Part shown: positions 17,702-41,696 of the stretch, piece by piece | Position numbering within the stretch: the first letter of the stretch is position 1 | Layout: each line of letters opens with the position of its first letter | NCBI RefSeq assembly: GCF_009914755.1 | Contig: NC_060926.1 | Length of the DNA stretch: 64,000 bases | Source of the DNA: the human T2T-CHM13v2.0 reference genome, Homo sapiens | Strand: one strand, 5' to 3' | Program-made: the position numbers and the translations under genes | Notes under the pieces: generated by a model | Database searches by the model: none | What the model saw: the letters and a program-made list of their open reading frames with translations, nothing else | Told to the model about the DNA's origin: nothing

Positions 17702-18020
17702 GGCCGGGTGCATTGGCTCATGCCTGTAATCCCAGCACTTTGGGAGGCCAAGGCGGGTGGATCACCTGAGGTCAGGAATTTGAGACCAGCCTGGCCAACA
17801 ATAGTGAAACCCCATCTCTACTAAAAATACAAAAAAAAAAAAAAAACTAGCCAGGTGTGGTGGTGGGTGCCTGTAATCCCAGCTACTCAGGAGGCTGAAG
17901 CAGGAGAATCACTTGAACCCAGGAGGGGGAGGTTGTGGTGAGCAGAGATTGCACCATTGTACTCCAGCCTGGGCAACAAGAGCAAAACTCTGTCTCAAAA
18001 AAAAAATAAAAATAAAAAAA
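17702..18020 (+). mobile_element. AluS
   Basis: Full dimer with A tail. Confidence 0.92.
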
Positions 18021-19004
18021 TAAGAAAACCATCTGTGGCTCTCACACATCAATAGAGAGGTATGACTCAATTCAATTTTTTTTAGAAAGGTGCAAAATGT
18101 GTCTTAAATGGCTTCTAAACAAGTTAGTGACTCACCTGTGTGGAACTTTCTGGAAAACATTTTAAAATCTCATGCAGCAACTCCTCTATGTTCTAACCCA
18201 CTTGTAACATATGGAAATAGTGCGGTTCTTTCTCCTAGTGTTGTCTTGAAATAAATCATTAATGCTGTCTCTAAATGAAGCAGAGGCCAGGTTTCCCAGG
18301 TGTATTTAATTTTTTGAGGACAGTGTCTTCCGTAAAACCAAAGAAGGAAAAGCATTTCACCGGTGAGGCAAATCAGACTAGGTCACACTATCAATGATCT
18401 GTCATCACTGGAATCTTCAGCCTGGGCATCCTCCATATACAAACAGCAATGATTTGCCATGTTCAAAGAGCAGAAGACCATGATGTTGAAAATGAGAAAG
18501 TCAAATAAAGAACACCTTGAAAAGAAAGTATGAGTTGTAAAAAGCATGCCAAGGCTGGGGAGCTCAGCTGGTAGACAACAGAGTTTAACTTCAGCCTTGA
18601 CTTCTTGCCATGTATCAAGTGCAGCGTTAGTTTCAAGTACAACACATAGAATCATCATGTAGCAGAGTACATCTGGAATTCTTCCAGAGCAGTGAGAAGT
18701 TTATTTGCACTGGAACTAGTAAATATCATATCTTCACCCTTAAAAATAATCAGGAATAAAGCGTGATGAAAATGAATGGGAAACTTCTCATTTTTCTCTT
18801 ATGTATCTGCTGTAATTTTCTATAAATAACATTCCAAAAGAAAAAATACAATGAATGTCAGAAATGCATAAGCATTGTCAGGAAGCATATGAAAATAGCA
18901 TATGTCAGGAAGCAAAACAGGATCTCAGTCACTATAGTAGCTGCTGTATTATTTTTGGCATGTCTTTCTATATGGATGTGGAATTTAAACAAAGAAAGAA
19001 CTAG

Positions 19005-19385
<381 letters not shown>

Positions 19386-20120
19386 TGATCTGGCACACCA
19401 GTTCCAACAGGCCGGCACAGATCCTTTGATCACCTGAGTGATCACATTAATATTCTACCTTTTTGACCTAACATGTGGCATCCATTGCCCCAAAACTAGA
19501 TTAGAGCTTGACTCTTTTTGAAGCAATCTGAAATCAATTGTTTTAAAACTTTCCCAACATACAGGAAAACTAAATATCCATTCCTATTCCTAGGAAAAAC
19601 CTACAGCACACTTCCCATTATTTTTTTGTCATGTCCTTCTTAGTGTAACAATTAGAATTGAATACTCCACAAATTCTGAATTTACAAAGTGCCTTCCCTA
19701 AACCATATATGCCTCTTATTTTGAGTTGATACCATATTTACCAAGTAATTTAAGGGGAGAGCACCAAAAATTCTTTGCATTGTGGTAATTCGATGTCATT
19801 GGGTAAGATCATATACTTAATATTATTATTTACCATTTATTACATGAGGTTCAATTATTTGTTCACATTGCTGCCTCCCACCGCTCTGTCATAATCTTCA
19901 CAAGGGCAACCACTATGACTTATTTTTTTCTGCTTCCTCATTACCTTAGAATATACTTGATACATAGTAAACAATATGGTTAGGTATAAATGAAGGAATG
20001 AGTTACATTCTACGTTCATACCTTTCTATCCTGTTGCCCTCAAAACAGACAAAGCATACTAAATATAATGCCATTTCATATATATCTTTTTCCATCTTAC
20101 AGTCTCTTGCCCTATTCCAG

Positions 20121-20246
20121 CTAGTTTATGAGATAAGAAATGTCAATGATGATATTATATCTTTTTGCCATAATCACAGGATGAATAATATACTTCCTGA
20201 TCTAGGACCATGAACACTCTGAAGCATCCTTTCCCAGCAATAGCAA
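20121..20246 (+). pseudogene. Degenerate SULT1C-like coding exon 4
   Basis: Acceptor TTCCAG|, then LVYEIRNVNDDIISFCHNHRMNNILPDLGP* versus [31 protein letters not shown] (W replaced by stop); 3' end approximate. Confidence 0.75.
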
Positions 20247-21103
20247 GCGATGCACAGTAGGTGATGCTCTCCAGATGTCTTCCATTTTGAAGCAAGTGAA
20301 AAGCACAGTAGCATTCACTCTGTACCTGCCGTACATACATCAGGTACACAGGAAGTGTTGATGAGTGAATGATGGAAAGGTGAGTCTGCAGGCAACAGCA
20401 GTAGTCTTTCTAGGGAACAGGACAGGGGCTTTGGTATAAATACATTTCACAAACAAAGCTCCAGCTGAAAGTCCTGTGCAAAGGATGTGATGGGAAGTTC
20501 TTTTGTTTCTATCCGTAATGAAAAACTGTCTTGAACATCACCTGGCACATTAGTAAGAAGGTGGCAGTAGATGACAACAGAAGCTTAATTCTCCCCAAGT
20601 TTAAAATGAATCCATGATTATTTATTAAAATGTAAAACCACCTCTAACTGCACCCAGAGATGTTCTATTTGTAAATTTCCTTTCAGCATCTTACGTATTT
20701 TTTACATAAGTGAGATCACACCCCATGAAGCTTACATCTTGCTTTTTTCTTTTAATATAACAACCAATTCCCAATTACCTGGCTCATAAATTCTTCAATA
20801 ACAAGAGAAGCTGGAAGCTCCTAGGGCAATATTGAGTATGTCTGAAACAAACATGGTCAATTCTATCTCTTCTTCATATTACTTTCCCTCTGGATTAAAT
20901 GTTCAGGGAGAAGGTGTAGATTTTAAAATTAGACTTCAGAACATCGGTGTCGCTGGAAATTTTGTCTGAACTAAAGAATCAGACAGTGGCTCCAGCCAGA
21001 GCTCTCTGCACTTCCAATACCTCTGAAGATGGTGGGGAAGAGCAGAGAAAGAAGGAGTTCTATTTATTTAAAAATGATTTTACTTTGAAGACCAGTTTGT
21101 AAA

Positions 21104-21193
21104 ATAAATATTGGTGTAGCATAAGCTTGAGATGAGTCACCTGGGGCCTATAAATATTGATATAGCATAAGCTTGAGATGAGTCACCTGGGGC
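21104..21193. repeat. 46-bp tandem duplication
   Basis: TAGCATAAGCTTGAGATGAGTCACCTGGGGC twice, period 46. Confidence 0.92.
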
Positions 21194-22189
21194 GTTACAT
21201 TTAGTATGCTTTGTCTGTTTTGAGGGCAACAGGGTAGAAAGGTATGAATGTAACTCACTCCTTCATTTATACTTAGCCATATTGTCTACTATGTATCAAG
21301 TACATGCTAAGGTAATGAGGAAGCAGAAAGAAATAAATCATAGTGGTTGCCCTTGTGAAGATTATGACAGAGTGGTGCGAGGCAGCAATGTGAACAAATA
21401 ACTGAACCTCATGTAATACATAATAAATAACAATATTAAGTATATGATCTTACCCAATGACACTATCCCTGTCCATTCCCTGCCCTGTTCCTCCTCCCAT
21501 CCCAATGCACAGTAACCTCTGGAAGACAATACCTGGAGGCCTAGGGCTCTCAATAAAATGGCTATAAAAACTGTTATAGGTGGACTCCATGATATTATAA
21601 CATATTGTTATTCTGTCAGCTTTTAGCATACATGTCATTTGTGAGCATCCTTAGTCATCACAGAGGTCAAATCAAGAAGTAAGAATCTTTGTGAAAGGCA
21701 GCTGTTGATACTTAGGGCAGTGGCCAAATTTCCTGCATTCAAATACCGGTAATGTCACTGATGGGGTGTATTACCTTGGACAAGTTACTCAACCTCTCTG
21801 TTCTTCTGTTGTATCTTATATAAAATGGGAAGAATATTAGTATCCACTTCAAGTAGATGTTGTGGACAGTAAATGAATTATTACATGTAAAGAGTTTAGG
21901 AAGACACCTGCAACATTGCAACCCCTCCTCAAAGAGATACAATTAACACAGAGGTAGGAATCCGAACACCAGACTCTTCTGATCTCTCATTCATTTGTCC
22001 AGAACAAAATTACAGAACTTTCCTAGCTCATGTTTCCTGATATATTATAGTGACCTCATAATAATTCATCTCTCACTAAGATGTTAGAAGAAAATCAACT
22101 TTGAGACACTTTGAATCTCCAAAAGTTTCCCATTATATTTAAATTATAAACTGTTCTAATTTTTAAATAACTTTCATATTATAAAATAA

Positions 22190-22625
<436 letters not shown>

Positions 22626-23325
22626 ACTACACATGTATTTTTATGGTGAAGTATTTTTTGTTGCTACGTTTTAAGTACCATTGCAGGCTGGAAAAAGTCA
22701 CTTTGTAGTGGTTCAGAATGAGCAATTAAATGACTATGAAAAGGTCTGACTGGTATTGTACTTTCTGCAGGGCTCTGAAAAGTAAAGCTAGATGTCAAGA
22801 CAAGTGATAAAGACTACCTCATCACTCACATTGACCAGTTACAATGTAGCCAAAGAACATTTTGTTTTCAGTGCAATTAATAACCCATGTGGTTCCTTGT
22901 AACACTTTTTAAAATAATAACCTAAAGTAAAAGAAATATGCATTAATTTTCTCTCTAATGGCCTTTCTAAACCTCTGTGAGGCCCTAATTTGATCATGGC
23001 ACAGTACTTCCTGATCCTGGACACATACCCAGGACCATTTCCCTGTAATTCCTAATCCAGAATCCACTACTGAGAAATCCCAAATGTCATCTTTCAATGG
23101 TATGATTTACTAATGAGATGTAAAAGTTAAGGATAATACAAGTTTTTCATACAGCTAGGTACATTCAATTTTCTTTTTACTCTGAGATTATGCTCTCACA
23201 CTTGATGTTAAAATGTCCTTCTTAATGAAATGGAAGTGTGATTGTAAATTTTTTTGGAAATATCCTTACTTGGAAAAATAAACATCAGGCCCCATGTTTT
23301 TTACATTAATTTATGAAATACATAA

Positions 23326-23664
<339 letters not shown>

Positions 23665-24099
23665 TAGAAATTTAATTGAAAAGAAACGGTAAGAGAATAT
23701 GACATACATGAGAACTGCCTAGATACCTTATTATTAGTGACAATGTTGCTGTTGTCACTATGGCTACATTCTTCTCCTAGGGACATGGAAAGATTGGACA
23801 TCCCCACCTCTGAAGTTAAGGCATGCCAAATGGCCTGCTTGGCTAATTAAATATAAGACAAAGTTATATGTATTTCTCATGGGTAGAAATGTTAATTAGA
23901 GCATGGCTTACTTTTGCCATGCCAATCAACAACACTCCAGATGGGGCAGGGTGCCAGGCTAGGTTTCACAGTGAGAAGCCTGTACTAAGGGATCAGGAAC
24001 AGATCTCAGGTGACCCATGATAGACAGGCAGCACGAGAGAGAAATAGACTTATGCTAGTAGCCACTGAAACATCAGGACTATTTGTTACCAATACTGAA

Positions 24100-24490
24100 G
24101 AGTAGAATTGCTTTTCAACAGAATAAAAAATCTGAGGATATAAATTCCCCTACAATTTAAAAAGAAGCAAAAGATATGAACACATGCTTCACCAAAGAAG
24201 GCATGTTAATGGCAAATAGGCACATGAAAAGATGTTCAATCTCATTACCCATTAGAGAAATACAAAGTAAAACCACAATGAGATACCACAGAACACTTAT
24301 CAGAATGACTAAAAAAAATACGGACGATACCCGAATACAAAAATACAATTTAACTGGATCTGTAATACATTAATAGTGGGAATACAAAATGATACACCCA
24401 CTCTGGAAAGTAATTTGGCAGTGCATTGATAACATTAAACTCACACTTACTACGTGGCCCAGCAATCACACTTCTAGATATTTACCTTGA
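24100..24490 (+). mobile_element. Old L1 ORF2 3' fragment
   Basis: ANRHMKRCSISLPIREIQSKTTMRYH matches the L1 ORF2 C-terminus. Confidence 0.8.
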
Positions 24491-24576
24491 ATAGTGGTTG
24501 GCAAACTACTTCCACCGGTCAAATCCAACTTTTATTTTAAGAGTGTTGTACAACCGGGCGCAGTGGCTCACACCTG

Positions 24577-24985
24577 GCTGCTTCCTGCTGGTTGTCTGCT
24601 CTCAAACCCTGTCTCCTGATAAGATGTTATCAATGACAATGCGTGCCTGAAACTTCATCAGCAATTTTAATTTCGTCCCGGTCCTATGATCTCGCCCTGC
24701 CTCCATTTGCCTTGTAATATTTTATTACCTTGTGAAGCATGTGATCTCTGTGACCCACACCCTATTTGTACACTCCCTCCCCTTTTGAAAATCACTAATA
24801 AAAACTTGCTGGTTTTGCGGCTCAGGGGCATCAAGGAGCCTGCCGACATGTGATGTCTCCCCCGGACACCCAGCTTTAAAAATTTCTCTCTTTGTACTCT
24901 TTCCCTTTATTTCTCAGATCGGCCGACACTTAGGGAAAATAGAAAAGGACTCATGTTGAATTATCAGGTGTGGGTTCCCCCAATA
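24577..24985 (+). mobile_element. MER11 (HERVK11) LTR, 3' part only
   Basis: gtctgctctcaaaccctgtctcctgataag...AATAAAaacttgctgg...ttcccccaata. Confidence 0.8.
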
Positions 24986-25231
24986 AAGGTGGTGCCATCT
25001 CCACAAAACAAGCTGGGTGAATCTCCAGGCCCAGAGGAGAGGCTGGCAGAGATGCTAACAACTGGAAAGTATGAAGTTTTCCCCATGAGCCAGGGAAAAG
25101 AGGCAAGTGGTCACCCAGCTCATGTGCAATTCTGAAAGGCTTTCTGCTTCAGGCATGTTTCTAATCCCACTGATTGAGCTCCTGGAGTTTTTCTGTTTTG
25201 GAGTTAGACTTGGCCAGAACTGCTCCCCTAC

Positions 25232-25430
25232 TTATGGTTGACAGATGCAATACAGGATGCCCACTCACATTTGTATTTCAAATAAACAACCAGTGATTTA
25301 TTTTGAAGAATAAGTATATTCCAAATATTGCACAGAAAATGCATGTACTAAAAATTAATTCACTGTTTATCTAAAATTCAAATTTAACTGGGCATCCTGT
25401 ATCTATATTTGCTACAGCTGGAAGCTCTAC
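25232..25430. mobile_element. MER53 palindromic MITE
   Basis: atacaggatgccca...tgggcatcctgtat inverted arms. Confidence 0.75.
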
Positions 25431-25908
25431 ATGACCCAGCATTTGACACAGCTTTTCATTTTTCTGAGAATGTAAGGGGTTCTTAGGTTATGTTTTAAGG
25501 AATTGTCTGAAATTATAGATTGCCTACATCCTTGCTTCATCTCACTAAGTGCTTACAGTTACCTCCAACCTCTGAAGCTGATTAAAGTATTATAGCAAAG
25601 AGTAATATAATTCATTTGAGTTTCATTTTCTCCCTACTCAGCTCCTGGAATAGTGTACTGCAAACAGAATGGCCTTAAGGCCATCTAAATAGAGGAAGGG
25701 GGAAAAGAAGTTATGAATAAACCATATTTATCAATATCTGAACAATCTGGATTTGATTCCAGTTTTAATTATGTGGACTTGTTAGTTCTTCCTCTTGCTT
25801 CGGTTTCAAGTATTGAACAACAAATAAGTCATTTACAATACCTCTAAGCTAAATATTGATTCAAAGAACAAAGACCATTACAATTCAACTTTTTCAACAC
25901 AGGCTTAG

Positions 25909-26588
<680 letters not shown>

Positions 26589-28780
26589 TACATATTCCTT
26601 TCGTAAAAAGCAAACAAACAGAGACCTGTTTAAGGGTAGTAACCAGCATGCTGGATTTTACTAACAAAAAAAGAGTTTGGAAACCCCAGTTACAAATTTT
26701 GCAAATGAATCACATTTGAGGCCTGAACAAGTTAGTAGTTTGCAAAAAGGACATCTAAAGCGCGTTAAGAGTTGGAATCTCCTCTCCATGCTCAGAAGCA
26801 AACAGTGACAGAGTTGAAAGGGAGGTTCAGGGAAGAATTAGAGGGGGAGAGTATATTAGCTTTATCTTGGGTACCCAATATATCCCAAGATTATAGGATA
26901 CCTTATTTACATCCAACATTACATTAACCCTGTGAGATTAATAAAAAACGAAAGGCTCAGAAGAGATAAGTATTAGAAAAGTTACACAGCTATTAGGGGG
27001 CAGTTTAAATTCAAACCCATATATTTAGAATTCCAAAGCAATGCTTGTCAAATATAGACTTAGCACCAACTTTATTCTTATAATCACTAAATATATTTAT
27101 TTAATTCTCCTAACCTCATGAGAAAGTACTATTGAGTAAAAACATTAAGTGAGAATAAGAGCAGTGTTTGTAGTCAAGATCACTTTTCAAATTATTTGGA
27201 ACTTCCCATCTTCCCTGGATCTATTTTCAATCCCAGTCAGTCATCTTTGGGTCCAGAAGCATATCCTCCCCCATCTCCCAGCCCTCCCCCTCTAGCACAC
27301 AACGCACTGGAGAAAACTGCTAAGGCATTGCTGAATATCTACCACTCTACTCTGATGGCACACAGGGCCAAAAAGATTATAGAATAAAATCTAACTGAAA
27401 AATTATAGGTGATTTTTATAAGTCTGTTTAAATGCATATGCATCCCAGGCATTCCACCTGGCAGTCTCTGTCTCAAGGGCCCATCCACCTCACCATGGTC
27501 TGGAGGGAGGGGATGAGGAATAGGGAAAGCCAAAGAATTGATCTTTTCTGAGTTTGCATCCAGAACATGGGCCACAGAGAAATGGTGAACAAAGTCACCC
27601 ATTATTATTAACAGCTATGATTTATTCAACATTTCCCTGTTGCCAAGCATTAAATAAGCTGTTTTATCTCCCCACAACCATGAGGTAGATAATGTTAAGA
27701 TCCCCAATTCAGACCTGAGGAAAAGCGTGATATGAAACAGAGAAAGATTCTGTAACCTGCCATTGCCCACAGCTACTGGGACTTGGCACAGGGTTCAAAT
27801 ACAGGCAGCCTGACTTCTCTCTGAAGGATGTCAAGCCACAGCCACCATACTCACCTAGTCCCCACATAATGATGGCCCAAGGAACTCGCTTCCTCAATTT
27901 TTGCTTAGTTTTACTCATTCATTCTTTCGAGAAATAGAAGAATGCCAGACACTAGGCATACAGCTATCAAACAGTGAGAAAACAACAGGCCCCATTTCAT
28001 GTGCCTTAGAGTGTAGTGAAGGAGACAGAAAATGCCAACAAGTAAACACGCAAAAACTAACTGTCAATGGTTGCTCTAAAGGAACACAAAGTGCCATGAG
28101 CAAGGAAATAGGAGGGACCTACTTGAGATGACATAGAAAGTCAAAGAAGGCTTCTCCAGAAAGGGGGCATCAAAGCTGGGACACGAAGAAAGAGAATCAG
28201 ACAGCCAGACACACAAGAGCCGACAAGATCTCCAGAAGGAGTGCTGCCATGGGGAGCAAGTGTGGCATGGCCCTGGGGTGCAGGCCAGGCCGGGGGCAGG
28301 GACTGAAGCAAGTTGTGAAATTTCTGATTATCAGGGGCAGAATGGATTCCTAAGGCAGCCACTGTCTTCTGTTAACTCTGGAGTTTTCTGCATCCCTTTT
28401 GCTTTAAATGAGGCATACATGTTTTCATAGCTGTGATGAAACCCCTACAATTCTCCAGTTTAGCATTATTTATTTTACTCTTAAAAAATAACAAAGCTGA
28501 CCCTGGCAGATGTTTGTACTGGGAGATTCAGATCCATCCAGGCCCCCACTGTTAATAGCCCACGGGAAAGTCCCTGCAGTCTCTCAGGGAAGTCATTCTG
28601 TGTAGAATCTGTAATTTCACAGGCAAGTCCTGCAACTTTTTAATTGTTTAAAATTCCCAGAAGGAATAATTACTGAAATTATCTATGAAGGGTTTAATGG
28701 ACACAGACATGAGAGCTATAAACAATGTGATACTATGTCCTGTTAACTCACAGAGAACGGAAGGGCTGGAACGGGACCCA

Positions 28781-29104
28781 GCCAGCAGGGTTTGTGACCG
28801 CCTCTGCTGTGACGTCACAGCCTGGTGAGGAGGGGGCTGCAGTTCCTCAGGAAACTGCCAGTGGACAAATTCATAAACAAGAGCTCCAGTTCCCTGGAAC
28901 CTGAGTCGGGAGACCTGCAGCTCACTTTCTCCCTGTTTGCTGGCCAGCAGGGTTTGTGGCCGCCTCTGCTGTGACGCCACAGCCTGGTGAGGAGGGGGCT
29001 GCAGTTCCTCAGGAAACTGCCAGTGGACAAAGTCATAAACAAGAGTTCCAGTTCCCTGGAACCTGAGTCGGGAGGCCTGCAACTCACTTTCTCCCTGTTT
29101 GCTG
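28781..29104. repeat. 162-bp tandem duplication (2 copies) in the SULT1C4 promoter/5' UTR
   Basis: Copies 28781-28942 and 28943-29104 align without gaps, 6 substitutions counted by eye. Confidence 0.95.
28806..28821. promoter_or_regulatory. Full CRE (TGACGTCA, 28810-28817) inside the 16-bp palindrome GCTGTGACGTCACAGC
   Basis: Exact CREB/ATF consensus ~430 bp upstream of the ATG; function inferred. Confidence 0.55.
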
Positions 29105-29186
29105 GCCCAGACAGGCCTGTGCTAGAGGGCTGGATAGTGTGGTAGTGTGGTGGATAGAGTGCTGCCTCTATCCACAACGCAGCCAT

Positions 29187-29228
29187 ATGCTGACTGAAGA
29201 TAACTTTGTGTCTGGAAGAGCCCTCTGA
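29187..29228 (+). other. uORF MLTEDNFVSGRAL*, in frame with the SULT1C4 ATG
   Basis: ATG 29187, TGA 29226-29228, 12 nt before the main ATG. Confidence 0.6.
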
Positions 29229-38335
<9,107 letters not shown>

Positions 38336-38547
38336 TAAGGAAGAAAAACTGAAAATGTTTTAGTTTATTACCCAGTATATTTGGGTAATAATGAAAGTTT
38401 AATTCTCATAACAAATGATATCAGATTCCAGTTATCAGAATAGTTTACTGTGTTTGCTCTTATTCACTCTACTAAAAAATTATTTTAAAAGGCTGGAGGC
38501 AAGGTGGTGACAGGCAGCAGGGTGGCGACATGGAGAGAGGGAAGCTC

Positions 38548-38553
38548 AATAAA
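38548..38553 (+). terminator. Candidate SULT1C4 polyadenylation signal AATAAA
   Basis: First canonical hexamer ~210 nt after the stop codon. Confidence 0.55.
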
Positions 38554-38667
38554 TCACTAGGTACAATCCTGGTATCATTGCCAATTATCATCATATTTAC
38601 ATTTTCTACAATCATGTGCTTATTAACATATTGGAAATGCTTCAGTCCTCACATGATAATACACTAA

Positions 38668-39003
<336 letters not shown>

Positions 39004-40093
39004 GGTTCAAGTTAATTTTTAAATGCATCACTAACGTGTAAATAGTGACTGTTTGTTCCAGCAATTTTTTGGTGGTGAAGTAACCATCAAGTGATTCAGG
39101 TTCCTCTTGGAACCCTCCAAGAAAAACTTCAGGGTCCTAGTGTAATACATCTGTCCCCATCTCTCACTGGCGTATATATTTAACTGGACTCACTCTCCCA
39201 CCCTCAGCTAATGCTACAATCCTGGAGTCACCTCTTGACTCATCTTTCCCATTGCCACCACAATCCATTCTAATATGTCAGAAAATCTGTCAGTTTTAAT
39301 CTACGAAATCTCTTAAAATATTTCCGTCTAACCATTCCTTGTTTTCCTTCTATTTCTATAGCCACCCTTCTGGTTCACAAACCTTTTACTTCTTGCCTCA
39401 ACTAGTGTAATAGCTTCCTAACCCATTTCTCTCTATTTCAGACAGATGGCAAGGTTATTTTCCTTAAAAAGACTCTTATTATGTTGTTCCTTAGCTCAAA
39501 ATCCTTCAATGGCTGAACTTTCACTGCCTGAAAGATAAATCCCAAGATTTTAGCCATGCATTCAAGAGCAGCTATAACCATAATGACTCCAGCCTTCACA
39601 CTTCCAGCTTCACCTTCCAAACCACCTCCATATTCCAGCAAATTAGCCTACTTACTGGGTCCTAGTCACATCTTACCACTTCCTACCCTCCCAGTTTTAT
39701 TTATACCAAGCCTCCTCCTGAAATTTCTCTTCCTTTCTTTCTACCTACCCAAGACATACCACGTGCTTCAATAACCAGTCCCTTCCTCCTACAAACACTA
39801 CAACCTGGAAAGCACTCTTGCTTTTCTGAAGTCCTCTATACTTAGTGTAACTCTTCTGTGATGAAGATTAAAGTGTATTATGGCAACTCTCATGTTTCTG
39901 TATTGTCTCTCTTTGCTTATTTTAATTTTTACTTTTTTTTCTCCAAGACAGGGATATTGCTGTATATTTCACTGCACGCCAAACAGTATATAAAACACTC
40001 AAATATAAATGGCTGAAAAAACATGTCAGGGAAATTTTTAAAAGCTAACTCTTATATTTCAAGTAGATAGTCCCTAAAAGCACGCTAATTTAT

Positions 40094-40300
40094 AGCTATG
40101 ATGTTCAATATGCTAGACACTAGTCACGTGTGGCTATTTAAATTTAACTTAATTAAAATAAAATAAAATTATAATTCAGTTCTTCATTTTTACCAGCCAA
40201 CTTTCAATTGCTCAGTAGCCATGAATGGCTAGAGGGTATCATATTGGGCAGTGCAGATTCTAAAACATTTCTAACATCAGAGAACCTTCTATTGGACAAG
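40094..40300. mobile_element. MER3 hAT MITE
   Basis: cactagtcacgtgtggctatttaaattta...ctattggaca. Confidence 0.7.
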
Positions 40301-40301
40301 A

Positions 40302-40736
40302 TTTTTTTTTTTTTTTTTTTTTTTTTGAGACAGGCTCTTACTTTGTCGCCGAGGCTGGATTGCAGTGGTGTGATCACAGCTCATTGCAACCTCCACCTGC
40401 TGGGCTCAAGGGCAATCCTCCCACCTCAGCCTCCCAAGCAACTGGGACCAGAGGCTCACACTGGCTAATTTTTGTGGAGCAGAGTTTCAACCATGTCGCC
40501 CAGGCTGATCTCAAACCCTTGAGCTCAAGTGATCCTCCCACCTCAGCCACCAGAGTAGCTGGGACTACAGACATGCACCACCACTCCTGGCTAATTTTTT
40601 GTTTCTGTTGTTTTTTTGTAGAGACAAGGTTTTGCCAGTTGCCCCAGGCTGGTCTTGAACTGCTGGGCACAAGCAATCTACCTGCCTTGGCCTCCTAAAG
40701 TGCTGGGATTACAGGCATGAGCCACCATGCCCAGCC
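40302..40736 (-). mobile_element. AluJ composite
   Basis: Three antisense arms. Confidence 0.8.
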
Positions 40737-41696
40737 TACCTCTTACTTTCCTGAAAATCCCCTCTATACCCCCAGCAAGCAAAACCAATCTCTGTGGTTT
40801 AGTTACTTAGCTCCAGCCCCAACTAGACCAACTCAGTTTGGTCTTCACTTGGCCTATTCTCTCAAGTCTTTTGAAACTAGTGATTAGGATATTGTATTCT
40901 AGATCTATTCAAGATTATTTCCATTTCATCAGAGAATTAAAATAATGCATTTAGACTTTGTAACCTTTCTGATACATTGAGTCTGTAAATACAGGGTACA
41001 CATTTGGTGTTTTGCCACACCAGAGCAATAACCTTTGACTTCTGTGGAGGAGGTCTGGACTTGAACCAAAAAAATATTAAAGGAAATCAAAGCTCATGTG
41101 TAGAGATGCAATAGGTAACCTACTGCAATAATATAAGTATTATGATTCTATGTAAAGTATTTAGAAACTCATACACTTTGGCAATGTTAAGAGATTTTAT
41201 ATGACTGAAAGGCCTCAGGAGGCCACCTCAATCCTATTTATTTCTGAATAACCAGTGGGAACATAATTTTAAAAATAAATACACATCATACTGTTTCAAA
41301 CTTAAATCCAGCGTTTGAGAAATGAAAATTCACCCTATAATTAGAAATACCTCATGAAACAGAAAATTACATAGTAGATGGTTTCTGTACCACCTAACTT
41401 GAAGTGCTAACAGAAACAACAGCATACTCAGGTTGGGTGCCACTGAGAACAAAGGTGGCTCATTACAGCACCAGAGAAACTGCACTATTGGAGGCAAACA
41501 CCAGGGAGAGCAAGACATGATGAGCTCCTGATGAAAAACAGACATACCTCTTTAACTGACAGTCTGTAAAGAACAGTAGAGGTGACCGTTTTTTCAAATG
41601 CCCAAATCTCAGCAAAAGATGACAAGGCATACAAAGACACAGGAACACACAGCCCAACCAAAGGAACAAAATAAATCTCCAGAAACCAGCCCTAAA

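Larger units (their letters stand above)
19794..21462. repeat. Inverted repeat: ~275-bp arms 19794-20072 and 21191-21462, ~1.1-kb spacer
   Basis: e.g. CAAAACAGACAAAGCATACTAAAT / ATTTAGTATGCTTTGTCTGTTTTG and GTCATTGGGTAAGATCATATACTTAATAT / ATATTAAGTATATGATCTTACCCAATGAC. Confidence 0.92.

Noticed and set aside
20371-20386. GATGGAAAG|GTGAGT as the real end of pseudo-exon 4
   Set aside because: Sits at the tail of an L2-like fragment, ~130 nt too far downstream
23000-23025. LPDPG peptide as in SULT1C exon 4
   Set aside because: Isolated 5-mer with unrelated flanks
28648-29186. Minus-strand ORFs of 144 and 123 aa with internal repeats
   Set aside because: By-products of the 162-bp duplication (a multiple of 3); no recognisable homology
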